Positions 50,051 through 62,340 are shown, counted from the stretch's first letter. The stretch: DNA of 64,000 nt from Verrucomicrobiota bacterium (GCA_047947115.1 CP170459.1:1312001-1376000); one strand, 5' to 3'. The notes: generated by a model not told the origin, from the sequence alone. Numbers and translations are program-made.

Positions 50051-52537
50051 GTAACACTTCAGCCATCTGAAGTATTTCTTGGTGGCAAGGACGGAAGTTT
50101 TCCGGTTACGAGGTATTGTTCAATGGCTTGGACGACGGTTCGAATGGGATCGTGACCGCGTTGTTTGAGCGTTCGCAATACGCTCATCAACACCGCTTGA
50201 CAATCGACGCCTTTTTCACTGCGGTTTCCGTAGCTGTTCTTTCTTATGATCACCGCGGGGCGGATCGAGCGTTCGGCGTGGTTATTGTCAAAAAGGAACG
50301 TTGTCTTGGTGGAGGAAAGTCAAAAGATCCCCCTGATGACGTCTCAAGCGTTTGATCAGCCGACGGGCGTGCTGGTTGTTCCATTCGGTTCCTATCAAAA
50401 TCTCCAAACGTTTTTCCAGTCGTTCTCGTCGTGAGGCGTATGTTTGCGCCGTGAGTTCGCTCTTTGCTTTCCACAGCCGTATGGCATCGCTAAGAGCCTG
50501 TCTGAAAAGTCAACCTAACCCAATGTTTAAGCGAGCCGACGCAGTTGAATTCTTAGCATAGCGATATAAATCCATGCTTTAGCACTTGATTCACTATACT
50601 CATAATCCCGAACAAGACGGCGCTGATGCATGAACCATCCGAAAGTTCGTTCAACAATCCAACGCCTTTTGAGGATATTAAATCCTTTGGCATTCTCGTC
50701 GCGTTTGACAACTTCCACTTCTAAACAAGGTTTCTTGAAGCGAACCCAGTTGGCAAAAGCTTCCCCGCTATACCCACCGTCTACCCAGATCAATTTAAGC
50801 CAGGGTAGCTTATGAAGTATACGATCCAACAAACCTTGAGCACCTTCCCGTTCCGGAGTGGATGCAGGAGTAATGAACACTCCCAGCAACATGCCTAATG
50901 TGTCCACAAGTATGTGCCTTTTACGCCCTTTGATCTTTTTACCGGCATCATAGCCAACGTCACCACCGTGACAGTTTGACTTAACGCTCTGGCTGTCAAG
51001 AATGGCTGCTGTTGGTCGTGAACGCTTGCCTACTTGTGCGCGCACCTGCGTCCTAAGTTGATCATGGATGCCCTCCCAGGTGCCATCAGTCGCCCATTTA
51101 CGGAAAACGTGATACACGGTTTTCCATTTCGGAAATGAATCGGGAAGCATCCTCCATTGTATACCACCCTTGAGAACGTAGAATATGGCGTTGATAATCA
51201 TTCGGCGATCAATTGTTGGTCGGCCTCGATTTTGTTTGAGAGGAAGCACGGGACGAATAAGGTTCCATTGTTCATCGGTAAGATCCGAAGGATATCGTAC
51301 GGTTTTTGCGATAGTCATCGCGGTACCGTGATCTTCGATAAAGATGCAACTCTCTGACTAAAGGCATGTTGTCAAGTTTTAATGAACATTTTCTTTGCAA
51401 TTTTTTACCTGTTCACACTTGTTTTCGCTTTTTCAGACAGGCTCTAAGGAGGCGACGGAGCTTTTTGGCAAAGGGTTCCCAATTCGCTCCAGGGGATTTG
51501 TATTTCTCGGTCTGTTCCAGTTCGCGCAGTAAATGCACAAGACAGGTCTGGCGCAACGCCGTGCTGACAGCGTTATAGGCACTCCAAAAATCGGTGACTA
51601 AGGTTCCCTGAAACTCTTGAATGAAGAATTTTTCCAGTGCCGGTGAACCTCGCGATCGGTCTATCATGTAGTAGGTCAAATCATTGCTGGCGAAACACCA
51701 CAGCCAGTGGGTTTTCCCGTTGACTCGCCAACCGGTTTCGTCGGCGTGGAGTAGCGCCGAATGCAGAGCTTCTTGCTGGATCTGCTCATACCATCCGTAG
51801 AGAATTCCTTGCAACCTTTGCCACATGGCTACCAGCCCGCCCTGGCTAAGTTTCATTTGCAGGTGAAAGTTGAAGACTTCAATGATTTGCGAAAGCGTGT
51901 TGCCCAACGCATAGTGCAGCCATGCGGACAAGACCAACACAGAATTCCCCAGGCTGCTTCCCGGTAGAGCTGAGCTTACTACCGGCTCGACTTTTTTCTG
52001 GCATTGCGGACACCAGTCACGGTGGATGGTGTGTTCGGTCACTTTGGGCTTGATGTCCGTAATGTCTTAGGTAAACCGCGTGCGAGTCTCAGAACAGGGG
52101 CGAACCTTTGTTCCACAGTCCGGACACGTCTCTGCGCGATGGTCTTGCCGATGGTCAACCCGATCCGGCTTCTCGCGGCGTTGGCCTGGATGGCCATTCT
52201 GCGCTCCCGGTTTATTCTTGCCCTTGCTTCGGGCTTTGTTCTTTGGGGAAGGCTTGAGGTAAGGAGGAACCATCCCCGATGGAGTGCTGGGATGTGTCGA
52301 TGGATTTAGCCTCTCCTGAGCTTCAGCTAATTGCTTGCGGAATTCCAAAAGGGCAAAGATCACCGCTTCTTCGCCCTGAACAAAAATTGCTCGCGCTTGA
52401 TCGCACGTCAGTTCAGGTCCAATTGGGATCTCTTCCAGGGAACGACACATACTGCCAAAGATGTTTTCCAGATACCCCCTAACATATCACACCTTCGCCT
52501 GTTTAGCGGAAATTACTTCAGATGGCTGAAGTGTTAC
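50051..52537 (-). mobile_element. IS66-family element with disrupted transposase
   Basis: TIR GTAACACTTCAGCCATCTGAAGTA; 8-bp TSD ATATTAAT; motifs STPS, KPGAQNGHPG, ADETGWRV, QTCLVHLLR; stop at 52067 and an IS5 insertion. Confidence 0.9.
50494..51444 (-). mobile_element. IS5-family (IS1031-group-like) element with intact transposase 50527-51318
   Basis: TIR GAGCCTGTCTGAAAA; TSD TAA; YPSDLTDEQW, DSQSVK, GYDAGKKIKGRKRH, RRWIVERTFGW. Confidence 0.92.
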
Positions 52538-52576
52538 ATATTAATAAGATTTCTGGATCCATCTTTCGAGGACAAC

Positions 52577-52792
52577 TGTCACCGGGCGAATTAAATGCAG
52601 CCACTCAGGGGCGAAATGATACAGCCACCTGATTTTGCGTAACTTTTGTGGTGAGTAATCATTATTCTTTTTCTACCCAGTCCCTAACAACCGAATACAG
52701 GGATTGGGTTGAAAAACGGAAAATGAGTTACGTCGATTTCACTGGCTGCATCATTTCGCCCTTTGGTGGCTGTTTTTTAGTGCCCGCTAACA
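52577..52792. mobile_element. 216-bp non-autonomous element with IS21-type ends (MITE-like)
   Basis: TGTCACCGGGC... and ...GCCCGCTAACA ends with internal repeated CAGCCAC/GGGCGAAATGAT motifs; no ORF. Confidence 0.65.
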
Positions 52793-52943
52793 TCATCACT
52801 GAAATTTTAGATTAGTTTAAGGAGCAGCAAACCCACTATCAAACGGATGGGTTTGGCGGGGTGTTCCACCTCGCTGCAGTAATCAGAAAAAGCATTTTTT
52901 AACTTATTCCAAGGAACAGCATAGGCAGATTACTTGAGTGGTT

Positions 52944-54388
52944 TGAGGTGGCCCCGGAAAACTGGGCCAGAGGTTAAGCTGAATTGAACGTTAGCCGGGG
53001 TTTTGTAGGATGACGCAAGTCAAAGGACAAAACCAAATGAGCAAGAAGAAGAGACGACGCCATAGCGCGAAATTCAAAGCCAAGGTGGCCCTGGAGGCCG
53101 TGAAGGAAATCAAGACTGCCTCGGAGATCGGAGCCGAATACGAGGTCCATCCAGCGCAGATCAGCGACTGGAAAAGGCAACTGCTGGGCAACCTGGATTC
53201 CGCTTTCGAAAAAGGAAGTCAAAGCAAGGATCAGGAGGACTTCACCGAGGAACGCGACAAGCTGAGAGCCAAGATTGGCCAGCTAACCATGGAGGTGGAG
53301 TGGCTGCAAAAAAAGTGCGTACAGTTGGGCTTGGACATCGACGAGAAATGATCGAGCCCAACTGCAAACAGCTAAGTCAACGGCGACAGTGCCAACTTCT
53401 GTCCATCGCCCGATCCACCGCGCAATACAAGCCCAAGGCTCCGTCGGCTGAAAAGTTGAAATTGTGTCGAAGAATCGACGAGATCCACATGATCGATCCA
53501 ACCTTTGGAGCACGACGAATGATGGCCACGCTGAAAAGGGATGGCATCCCGATTGGTCGAAAGCAGGTCAGCGGATTGATGAAGCAAATGGGCATCCAAG
53601 CCATCTACCGTAAGCCGCGTTTGAGCATCCCTAACAGGGAGAGCAAGCGTTACCCTTATTTGTTGAAGGACATTGAGATTGAACGACCAGATCAAGTCTG
53701 GTGCGCGGACATTACCTACATCCCGATGAAACATGGGCATCTGTATTTGGTGGCCGTCATGGATTGGTATTCTCGCAAAGTGCTATCCTGGAAGCTGTCC
53801 AATACGATGGATGAAAGGTTCTGTGTGGAAGCCTTGGACGAAGCGTTGTCCAAGGCCAAGAAAATGCCCGAAATCGTCAACACCGATCAGGGCTCGCAGT
53901 TCACCGGAGAGGCATGGGTTTCCACGGTCGAGGATCATGGAGTGAAGGTGAGTCAGGATGGGCGCGGACGCTGGATGGACAATGTGATGATCGAGCGACT
54001 GTGGAGAAGCGTGAAATACGAATGTGTGTTCCCATGGGGGCCGAGTGATGGCCGGCAGTTACAGGAGCGATTGGAGGACTGGTTTGAGCGTTACAACCAC
54101 TGGAGGCCGCACCAATCGCTTGGCTACAAAACTCCGGCCCAAATAGCCCGTGAGAGGGCAAACCGCAAGGTGGCCTAATGGTGGCCACCAAAAAGCATGA
54201 GTCGAAGACATCAAAAAATTTTCCCCCTGGCCAGGGGGAAAGGAGCTCCGCTGTCGCGGAGAGAAGAGATTTAATCTGCTTGCCAGCAGATTAAATGAGG
54301 AATAAGAACAAAGAAACGTAGTCATCAAATGCCCCCGGTGATTAGCTTAATTCAGCCACTCCGTGGCCGAACTCCCGGGGCCACCTCA
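52944..54388 (+). mobile_element. IS3-family element, apparently intact (orfA 53037-53351, orfB to 54178)
   Basis: TIR TGAGGTGGCCCCGG/CCGGGGCCACCTCA; TSD GTT; A7G -1 frameshift site at 53308-53315; DDE motifs WCADITYI, NTDQGSQF, DNVMIERLW. Confidence 0.93.
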
Positions 54389-54590
54389 GTTATCGGGCAT
54401 CATACTGGTCGGCGAGTATAGAGAAAAGGAAAAATCGTTTTTGGGCAAAAATGAGCTTTGATTTTGTAGATTAAAATAACCAGAGTGATTTCGAAATCAC
54501 TTTTTCCTGGTCGAATAGAAAATCAGTAAATCAAAAGATTCAGTAAACAAGGTATTATCATAAGTTTTAAAAAGATAAATTAATATAAAA

Positions 54591-55874
54591 ATGTCAAATT
54601 CTGTACTGTGGTTAATTAACTTCGCATTAAAAACAACGTTTCAGCTATGCTTTATATTATTTGTATCTAAACAATTCAACGAAAACTTAGCAAATCAATT
54701 TTTATTAACCATAACAATAGTAAATCTAACATACTTATTAGACCTAGGAATAACCACATTTTACATTAAAAAGTATAACGAGTCGACCTCCCGTGATACA
54801 AAAAAAATAAGCTTGCATAAAAGTTGTTATATATATAAATACATAGGAGTTATTGCTGCAATACTACAACTTTTTTTGTCGGAAGTGTACTTTACAAATA
54901 ATTCCAATCGATATGTAGCTATAATTAACTCAGCGTTAATATTCCTCAATTTTCGACTTAAATATCTAGATGTATATCTACGTGCCATTCAAAACTATAA
55001 ATTGCTTTTTAGTGTAAATTTATTACTTAGTTACTCAGTTTTATTTTGTCTTTTCTTGATAAAGCCTGAAAAAGTTGACTATTATGTAATCTGCTACGTT
55101 ACCTGTAACCCTCTGACTTTTTTATTGTTAAAACTAGTTGTAAAGTGCGATTTAGGAAGAACAACATCATGCGGAAAAGGAGAATGTGGTGATTTAGGAA
55201 TATTCAACTGTTTAAAAATTGGAATAACTAGTATAGTAGGTGTGGGTTTAAACTACTACTTCGTGTTAAAAACAGGCAAATTATATAAAGGTATGGATCT
55301 TTTGTCCATATTATATGGAATACGTCTTGTCAACTTAATGAACGAAGCAAGTTGGTCTCCGTTTTACTCATATATTCCACAGGCTATACGAAATAAAAAG
55401 AAAACCAACAACTTAAATACATTATTAACAAGATTTAATGTAGTGTTAGTAACTTTTGTTTGTTTAGGTTTTACACTCTCTTTACTGTTGCGAGCAGTTT
55501 CAGTTGTCATAAACAAAGAACTAACGCTTAATTTAGCATGTCTCCATCTCTATCTACTATTTCGTATATTAGATCGAATGAGTGCAATGAATTATCAAAT
55601 GTTAATTATTCAGGGAAATTATGGATATTACAAAGTACAAACTACTTTATTTTTGACGGGAGTTTTAATTTGTGAATTACTCAGCTATTATCAAGTATTG
55701 AATTTAAATTACCTTTTTAGCATATTCGTCTTCATATCACTGTTTCTTATATGGATAAGTGCACTACAACTATCAAAAACATACAAAAACTTACGCATCA
55801 TAGCCAATCAAATTATTGTGGTGATTGTTGTACTAATTTTAAATTATTTAAATTATTATGTGTTTAGATTTTGA
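54591..55874 (+). CDS. Putative polysaccharide flippase (Wzx-like)
   Basis: Many TM segments, LLDLGI motif near the N-terminus, polysaccharide context, very AT-rich. Confidence 0.6.
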   Translation: MSNSVLWLINFALKTTFQLCFILFVSKQFNENLANQFLLTITIVNLTYLLDLGITTFYIKKYNESTSRDTKKISLHKSCYIYKYIGVIAAILQLFLSEVYFTNNSNRYVAIINSALIFLNFRLKYLDVYLRAIQNYKLLFSVNLLLSYSVLFCLFLIKPEKVDYYVICYVTCNPLTFLLLKLVVKCDLGRTTSCGKGECGDLGIFNCLKIGITSIVGVGLNYYFVLKTGKLYKGMDLLSILYGIRLVNLMNEASWSPFYSYIPQAIRNKKKTNNLNTLLTRFNVVLVTFVCLGFTLSLLLRAVSVVINKELTLNLACLHLYLLFRILDRMSAMNYQMLIIQGNYGYYKVQTTLFLTGVLICELLSYYQVLNLNYLFSIFVFISLFLIWISALQLSKTYKNLRIIANQIIVVIVVLILNYLNYYVFRF

Positions 55875-56688
55875 TGTAATACAGAGTGTCTACAGAAATG
55901 ATTGTTTAGAACATTTACAAATTTCTATAAAATCAATAATGCAAAACACGTTGTTGCCAGTTAATTACATAATAGTAATAGATGGCGAAATAAACAAAGC
56001 AATAGAAAAATATCTAAATAATCTTTCGACAAATAACTATGGGTCAAAGGTAAACTTCAAAGTAATCAAACTTAAGAATAACATCGGGCTTGGGCAAGCA
56101 ATGAACATAGCTGCCGAAGCTAGCAATAGTTCATACATTGCCAGGATGGATTCAGATGACTATTGTTGTAAAGACAGATTTCGTGCTCAGCTCAATTATC
56201 TAGAAAAAAATCCTGATACAGCTATGCTGGGTATGTACTATGACCAATACGATGCTTGTTTAAAAACCAAAATTGGAGAAAGACGGGTTCCTCGTAAGTG
56301 CGCAGACATTGCGAAGTTAGTAACCAGCAGAAATCCGATTAACCATCCTACAATTATAATGTGTAGAAAAGCTTTTTTGAATGTTGGAGGGTACCCAAAA
56401 GATTGCTACTTTTTTGAAGATTGGATGTTAGTATATAAATTTTTAAAAGCAGGTTATAAAATTTGTAATATAGAAATGGTTGGTTTGAAGGTGCGGGGTG
56501 GGAATGATTTTTATAAGCGCAGAAAAGGATATACTTATTTTCAAAATGAACTAAAATTTTTTAAAATGTTAAAAAATAATCACTACATTGGATATTACGT
56601 ATTTTCAAAAAACGTTTTGCAGCGATTTTTATTACGCGTTGTACTATATCCTTTTGTAAACTTGATATACAAAAAAGTGATGAGATGA
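55858..56688 (+). CDS. Glycosyltransferase family 2
   Basis: SVY.ND, VIDG, NIGLG.A.N, ARMDSDD, NHPT, FEDW. Confidence 0.88.
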   Translation: MCLDFDVIQSVYRNDCLEHLQISIKSIMQNTLLPVNYIIVIDGEINKAIEKYLNNLSTNNYGSKVNFKVIKLKNNIGLGQAMNIAAEASNSSYIARMDSDDYCCKDRFRAQLNYLEKNPDTAMLGMYYDQYDACLKTKIGERRVPRKCADIAKLVTSRNPINHPTIIMCRKAFLNVGGYPKDCYFFEDWMLVYKFLKAGYKICNIEMVGLKVRGGNDFYKRRKGYTYFQNELKFFKMLKNNHYIGYYVFSKNVLQRFLLRVVLYPFVNLIYKKVMR

Positions 56689-57437
56689 TAAAAAAAACAT
56701 TAAGAAAAACTATCGGTATTATATGGTCAGAATACCTACGGCTCAAATGGAACTTAAATCAAAAAAACAATGAAAATAAAAAATTATTACATATATACAC
56801 TGATTCGAGAGGCTATTTCATAAATGGAGTTAAAAATTACAAAAACCCATATAAAACTTATATAAATAACATAGCAAATTGGTCAGTAAGTTATCAGTAT
56901 TGCTTGCATAGATCAACAACATTATTAGATTTTTTAATAGATACTGAAAATATTAAATGCGATACTATAGTTCTTCACTGTGGTATCGTAGATTGGTCTC
57001 CAAGAACGTTATCTCATTGTCAAAAAATTATTTATCGTCTTAATAAAAGTGTACATCGTATTCAAATTCCAACGTTACATCCAAATAAATTAAGTCAAAA
57101 ATACAACAACCAAGAAACTTTTAACTTATATAGCATAGACTTTTTCAAAGAAAAAATTCTACCTGTTTTGACAAAAAGAAAAAACATTATTTATATAGGC
57201 GTTAATCCTGTATTAACAAACTGGAGAGGAAATTATTTTAGAGAGAGACCTAAAAATATAAATGTAATTTTAGACTATGATAAATTGTTGACAGAAGCAA
57301 TACCTAGCATCAGGATTAGAAATTGGACAAAAAATCAAATTAAAAATTTTACTGTGGATAACATTCACCTAAGTGAAGCTGGCATGTTATTTTTAAACGA
57401 TCAGCTTAACTTACTGCTAAATAACGTCAATGATTAA
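56685..57437 (+). CDS. SGNH/GDSL-like hydrolase or acyltransferase
   Basis: YTDSRG block I, GIVD, C-terminal DNIHLS.AG. Confidence 0.55.
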   Translation: MIKKTLRKTIGIIWSEYLRLKWNLNQKNNENKKLLHIYTDSRGYFINGVKNYKNPYKTYINNIANWSVSYQYCLHRSTTLLDFLIDTENIKCDTIVLHCGIVDWSPRTLSHCQKIIYRLNKSVHRIQIPTLHPNKLSQKYNNQETFNLYSIDFFKEKILPVLTKRKNIIYIGVNPVLTNWRGNYFRERPKNINVILDYDKLLTEAIPSIRIRNWTKNQIKNFTVDNIHLSEAGMLFLNDQLNLLLNNVND

Positions 57438-58704
57438 TAGTTTTAAGCTCAACCAAATCTGCTTTACCTTATTACCATTTATTTATTATTTGCATAAAAT
57501 TAACACTAATGTAGTAAGTAAATGTTTATGGTTTTTTTTGTTGTGTTTTATTTTAAGTGACACTTTAAATAAAATAAAACATTGGGAAAGTGTTAGTACT
57601 TTTCAAAACACTTTTTTTATATTTTCGTTCTTGTGTTTAGTTTACACTGTCTCATTAGCATATGATTACAGTTTGTTTAGTGCTTTTTACTCAATTTACT
57701 ATTTTTTAACTTATTTTATTCTCATTCTTAATATATATGTAACATCAAAGAGTAACGACGAGTATGCATCTCAATTTTCATCCTTTATAAATGGATTAGG
57801 ACTTTTAATAGCTGTTAACTTTATTTTATATCTGGTTGGAATTTATAACATCAATGAGGTTATAAATAACCAAAATTATGGTTCAGCTAAAGTGCTTTCT
57901 TTATTAGGTTATCAAAGCAGTCGTGTTGTCTTTTACTTTTCTAGCGGATTTAGTTCTTATGGATTGTTGTGCGTTGTTTATATCTTTTCTTCTATCCTCC
58001 GTAGAAAAAGTTCGAAAAGTAAAATTTCTTACGTTATCTGTACTTATGCCCTTTGTGCTTTGGCTTTTTTAAGCCTTTTACTAGTTGATTCAAGAAACGC
58101 TTTTATTACTTTATTAATTGCTTTTCTTACTTATAACTCATATGTTAGTAAATTAATTTTTGTAGGATTAACTCCAGTAGCTGCTTATTTGTTAGTTTAT
58201 TTAGATCAGTCAATTGTTTTGTTGAATAGTTATTTAATCAAAACCTCTAGAAGTGAAAGTCTTCTTAGTGGTCGAGAAGAAATTTGGACTAATTCTATTG
58301 AATATATTTTTCAAAATTACAAGATGTTTATAATTGGCAACGGTCTATACGGGCAAGCTACATCTGGTTTGTCTGTAGCTTGTTATGTAAATCTGTTTGC
58401 AGATTGGAACACTAGCAGACCAGAATGGGCTTCACTACATAATAACTTTCTTCAATTAGTAACCGATATTGGTATCGTGGGCGCAATAATTTTTTATTTT
58501 TTGTTAATGACTTTTGTAGTTAAAAACAAATTAAAAAAGCTTTCATGCAGTTTATTGTTGATACTTTGTGTAGGTGGTTACGTCGACGTGACAATAGGTC
58601 TTTACAACTATTTACTGTTTATATTATTCTTTTTCATTGTTCTTAACTACAATAAACATGAAAAATCGGGTACTTCGACAAAAACAGTGGAATTGAGCTT
58701 TTGA
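57430..58704 (+). CDS. O-antigen polymerase/ligase (Wzy/WaaL-like); last codons supplied by ISL3
   Basis: Multi-TM; DSRN, SGREEIW, HNNFLQ...IGIVG. Confidence 0.78.
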   Translation: MINSFKLNQICFTLLPFIYYLHKINTNVVSKCLWFFLLCFILSDTLNKIKHWESVSTFQNTFFIFSFLCLVYTVSLAYDYSLFSAFYSIYYFLTYFILILNIYVTSKSNDEYASQFSSFINGLGLLIAVNFILYLVGIYNINEVINNQNYGSAKVLSLLGYQSSRVVFYFSSGFSSYGLLCVVYIFSSILRRKSSKSKISYVICTYALCALAFLSLLLVDSRNAFITLLIAFLTYNSYVSKLIFVGLTPVAAYLLVYLDQSIVLLNSYLIKTSRSESLLSGREEIWTNSIEYIFQNYKMFIIGNGLYGQATSGLSVACYVNLFADWNTSRPEWASLHNNFLQLVTDIGIVGAIIFYFLLMTFVVKNKLKKLSCSLLLILCVGGYVDVTIGLYNYLLFILFFFIVLNYNKHEKSGTSTKTVELSF

Positions 58705-60857
58705 AGCCGTCGTGAGAAGATGGCACCATGAATATTGAAAAGACCATACATGGATTGTTAGAAGCCATCTCATAAATAAATATTTTACTTTTAACGATAA
58801 AGTATAGTGGTTATAGATGGGCTTGAGCGAAGTACAATGGAACATCGTTAAAGACATCTTACCAGTAGACCCTGTAAGGGAAGATCGACGCGGTCGTCCT
58901 TGGAGTGATAGACGGAAAACACTGAATGGAATCCTTAGGATTTTGCGAACTGGAGCACCATGGAAAGACATGTCTTCACGGTATGGATCGTATCAAACTG
59001 TTTATCGTCGGTTTCAAAACTGGGTTCAGGATGGAGTTCTCGAAAAACTCCTTTTGGCAATCGCCAAAGATTTGCAGGAACGCGGCGATTTGGATCTCAG
59101 TGAATGTTTCATAGACGGCACTTTCGTGCCGGCCAAAAAGGGGGTACCTCGTCGGCAAAACAAAGCGAGGCAAGGGCAACAAGATCATGGCAATTGCAGA
59201 CGGCGCTGGTCTTCCTGTCGCCATATGCGCAGCCAGTGCTTCGCCAGCTGAAGTAACGCTGGTTCAGTATACCATAGAGCACAGAGTCGTGGAGGATACA
59301 CCTGAAAAACTGATCGGGGACAAAGCCTATGATAGTGATCCATTGGATCAAGGAATTGAGAAAATATTCGGAACTGAAATGATAGCGCCAAATCATCGAG
59401 GGCGGATAAAATCCAATCAAACACAGGACGGTCGTAAACTGAGGCGATACAAACGACGATGGAAAGTCGAACGTCTGTTTGCTTGGCTCTTCAACTTCAG
59501 GCGACTGGTTGTACGTTACGAATACGATGCTGTAAATTTCATCGGGTTCATCCACCTTGCCTGTGCGATGATACTAATGAGACATTTATGTGATAGCTTC
59601 TAGGTTTTGATGAGTGTTGGGACGTTCGGGGCGTTGATTACGACTCAGAGACGGAAAAGGTTTTCATGGTCATTACCGAAACTGATAAACTCTGAGAGAA
59701 AGAAGTTGTCCCCATCAGAGCTGCAAATCAACGGGGATTACTTGTTACGATCACACCGAAACAAGGTCTTGGCGACATATGGATGTATTTGGAAAACGAT
59801 CTGAAATTCTCTGCAATGTGCCTCGCGGCAAATGCCCATCTTGTCACCGAACCTATCGGGTTAAAGTTCCCTGGGAGGGTAAAGGAAAACATTTTACTCA
59901 GGCGTTTGAGGGGTTTGCGTTGGCATTGATGAGGGAGATGCCGGTTAGTAAAGCATCAGGACTGATTGGAGAGTGTGATCAACGCATGTGGCGCATTCTT
60001 TTTGCCCATGTTGACGAAGCGTATTCCAAGTTGGATATGAGTGAAGTGGTTTGGATCGGTGCGGACGAATTGTCTGCACGCAAAGGGCATGATTACCTGA
60101 CGGTGTTTGCTGATTTGATGGAGAAGCGAGTCATTTTTGCCACCGAGGGCAAAGACGCTGAAACATTCCAACGCTTTGCTGATGCGTTATATGCGCACAA
60201 CGGACATCCAAAAGCGATCACTCAAGTTGCCATCGATATGAGTCCGGCCTATCAAAAGGGAGTAAGGGAGAATCTATGCAACGCAGAGATTGTATTCGAC
60301 AAGTATCATGCTGTGGCCATGGTCAATGACGCAGTCGATAAAGTGCGCAAAGCCGAAGCAAATCAAGGAGACAAGGATTTCAAAAAGGAGCTCATAGCAA
60401 GTCGTTGGATATTTCGTAAAAACCCCTCCAATCTAACCAAGAGTCAAACCCAGCAGCTAGAGGAATTGGATTTGAAGAATTTAGTAACCGGAATCGCCTA
60501 CCAGATGCGATTAAATTTCCAACAAGTCTATCGCAGTCGCAATGAGGTTACAGCGCGAAAAAACATGGTCAAATGGATAGGATGGGTAAAACGAAGGGCG
60601 AAAAAATCAGGGGACTTGTTGGAACCAATGGTCAAGGTGGCAAACAGTATTGAACGTCACTTGGAAGGTATACTTGCTCATTGGAAAAAGAAACTGACCA
60701 CAGCGTTCATGGAAGGATTGAATAGCGTTTTCAGCGCGGTCAAGCGGAAGGCCAGAGGTTTTCGCTCATCCGTATACATGACCACTATGCTTTACTTTGT
60801 AGCAGGCAAACTCAGAATCCCGGCTTAAGTTAATTCCACTGGAATTATCGAAGAACC
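58669..60857 (+). mobile_element. ISL3-family element interrupted by IS5; transposase 58728-60828 disrupted
   Basis: Ends GGTACTTCGACAAAAACAGTGGAATT and AATTCCACTGGAATTATCGAAGAACC; GADELSARKGHDY, IDMS, FDKYH, EGLNS, ARGFRS; no matching TSD. Confidence 0.85.
58761..59600 (+). mobile_element. IS5-family (IS427-group) element, two ORFs joined by frameshift
   Basis: TIR GAAGCCATCTCATAAAT/ATTTATGTGATAGCTTC; TA duplication; slippery [36 protein letters not shown]. Confidence 0.88.
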
Positions 60858-60892
60858 TCAATTATACCAATGCGGTATTCATAACATAATTT

Positions 60893-62340
60893 CACAAGCA
60901 TCCCATAGGATGACAGAAAAAAGGGCTGGTAATCTTTCTTGAACCCTGCCACTCAGCAGGGGTGAAATCAAAAAAACGAAAACCAGCCCGCAGCAGAATC
61001 ACCGTCCTTCAACAAGTTTGCAAACTCATTCCGGGTCATTTGGTCAAAAAAATTGCCAAAGAAACCGGCGCCGAATCCAAGGCCAGGACCTTTTCGTCCT
61101 GGAGCCACGTTGTCTCAATGTTGTTTGCGCAAATTACGCGCAGTATCGGGTTGAACGATGTATGTGACAGTCTGCAGATTCACTCAGGAACGCTTTCAGT
61201 TATTCGAGGGGCAACGCCGCCAAGTCGCAATGGACTCTCACATGCCAATAAATCCCGCACTGCTGATATGGCTGAAAAACTGTTCTGGACGATGACTGAT
61301 CATTTGACAAACAGCTTTCCGCAATTTGCACAAGGCAGAATGCCCCGCGGTCTTGGCCGTTTTAAAAGGAGAATTAACATCATCGATTCCACCACCATTG
61401 AACTGGTCGCCAATTGCATGGATTGGGCCAAGCACCGAAGGCGAAAGGCCGCAGCAAAAACGCACATGCGATTGGATATGGAAAGTTTGCTTCCGCGTTT
61501 TGCCATCGTCGACACCGCCAAACACAACGACAATCTCAGAGCCAGGGAACTTTGTGCGGGGCTCCTAGATGGGGAAATCGTCATATTTGACAGGGCATAC
61601 AATGATTTTGACCATCTCAAGGATCTTGATGATCGCGGAGTGCAATGGGTGGGTAGGGAGAAGAAAGGGACGGCTTGCGAAGTCATCAATACGATGGAAG
61701 TAAGCGGCGATATTGTCGCGGATGAGTGGATCGTCCTTAACAATGAAATGGTGGTCCGGAGAGTGAGGGCGTGGGTTGAGGTCGATGGAAAGCGTAAGCT
61801 GTTCTCATTTCTGAGCAACAACAGGCAATGGAGTGCCAGGAGCATCTTCGATCTCTACAAGGCGCGTTGGCAGATTGAGGTGTTCTTCAAGCAAATCAAA
61901 CAGACCCTCAAGCTGACGGACTTTTTGGGGCATTCAGCCAACGCTGTACGTTGGCAAGTTTGGACAGCACTACTGGTTTATGTCCTCCTGCGATTTTTGA
62001 GCCGCGTGAGTTCGTGGACTCACAGTTTCACACGTATCTTTGCAGTAGTACGGGCTTCTTTATGGCAGCGAATGGATTTGTTAGGCTTTTTGCAATCACT
62101 CTGTGGGACAGCAGGAGGCAGTTTTAGAAACCTTGCTCGACCCGAACAGGCATATTTCCCGGGATTCTGAAGAAATATCACTGCCACTATGGGACAGCAC
62201 AAGGGATATGATGGAGATAATCCCCGAGCAAAAAGAAAGAAACTGCAAAAAATCAAATACTGTAATTCAGTTCAAGGTCGCAAAACCTTTGGGAAATGAA
62301 GGATATTGCCGTCACAGATGACCCTTATGGGATGCTACTG
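60893..62340 (+). mobile_element. IS4-family element with intact transposase 60962-62170
   Basis: TIR CACAAGCATCCCATAGG/CTTATGGGATGCTACTG; 9-bp TSD ACATAATTT; IDSTTI, FDRAY, YKARWQIEVFFKQIKQ. Confidence 0.92.

Larger units (their letters stand above)
49915..54525 (-). pseudogene. Old copy of the 44035 IS5 element, fragmented by three insertions
   Basis: Pieces at about 49915-50050, 52546-52576, 52793-52943 and 54389-54525 align consecutively to about 44100-44540. Confidence 0.75.

Noticed and set aside
28506..52069. Stop-codon reassignment suggested by in-frame TGA (28506) and TAA (44361, 52067)
   Set aside because: TGA and TAA end conserved genes normally here (rpsU, ridA). Nonsense mutations in dispensable genes are the simpler explanation.
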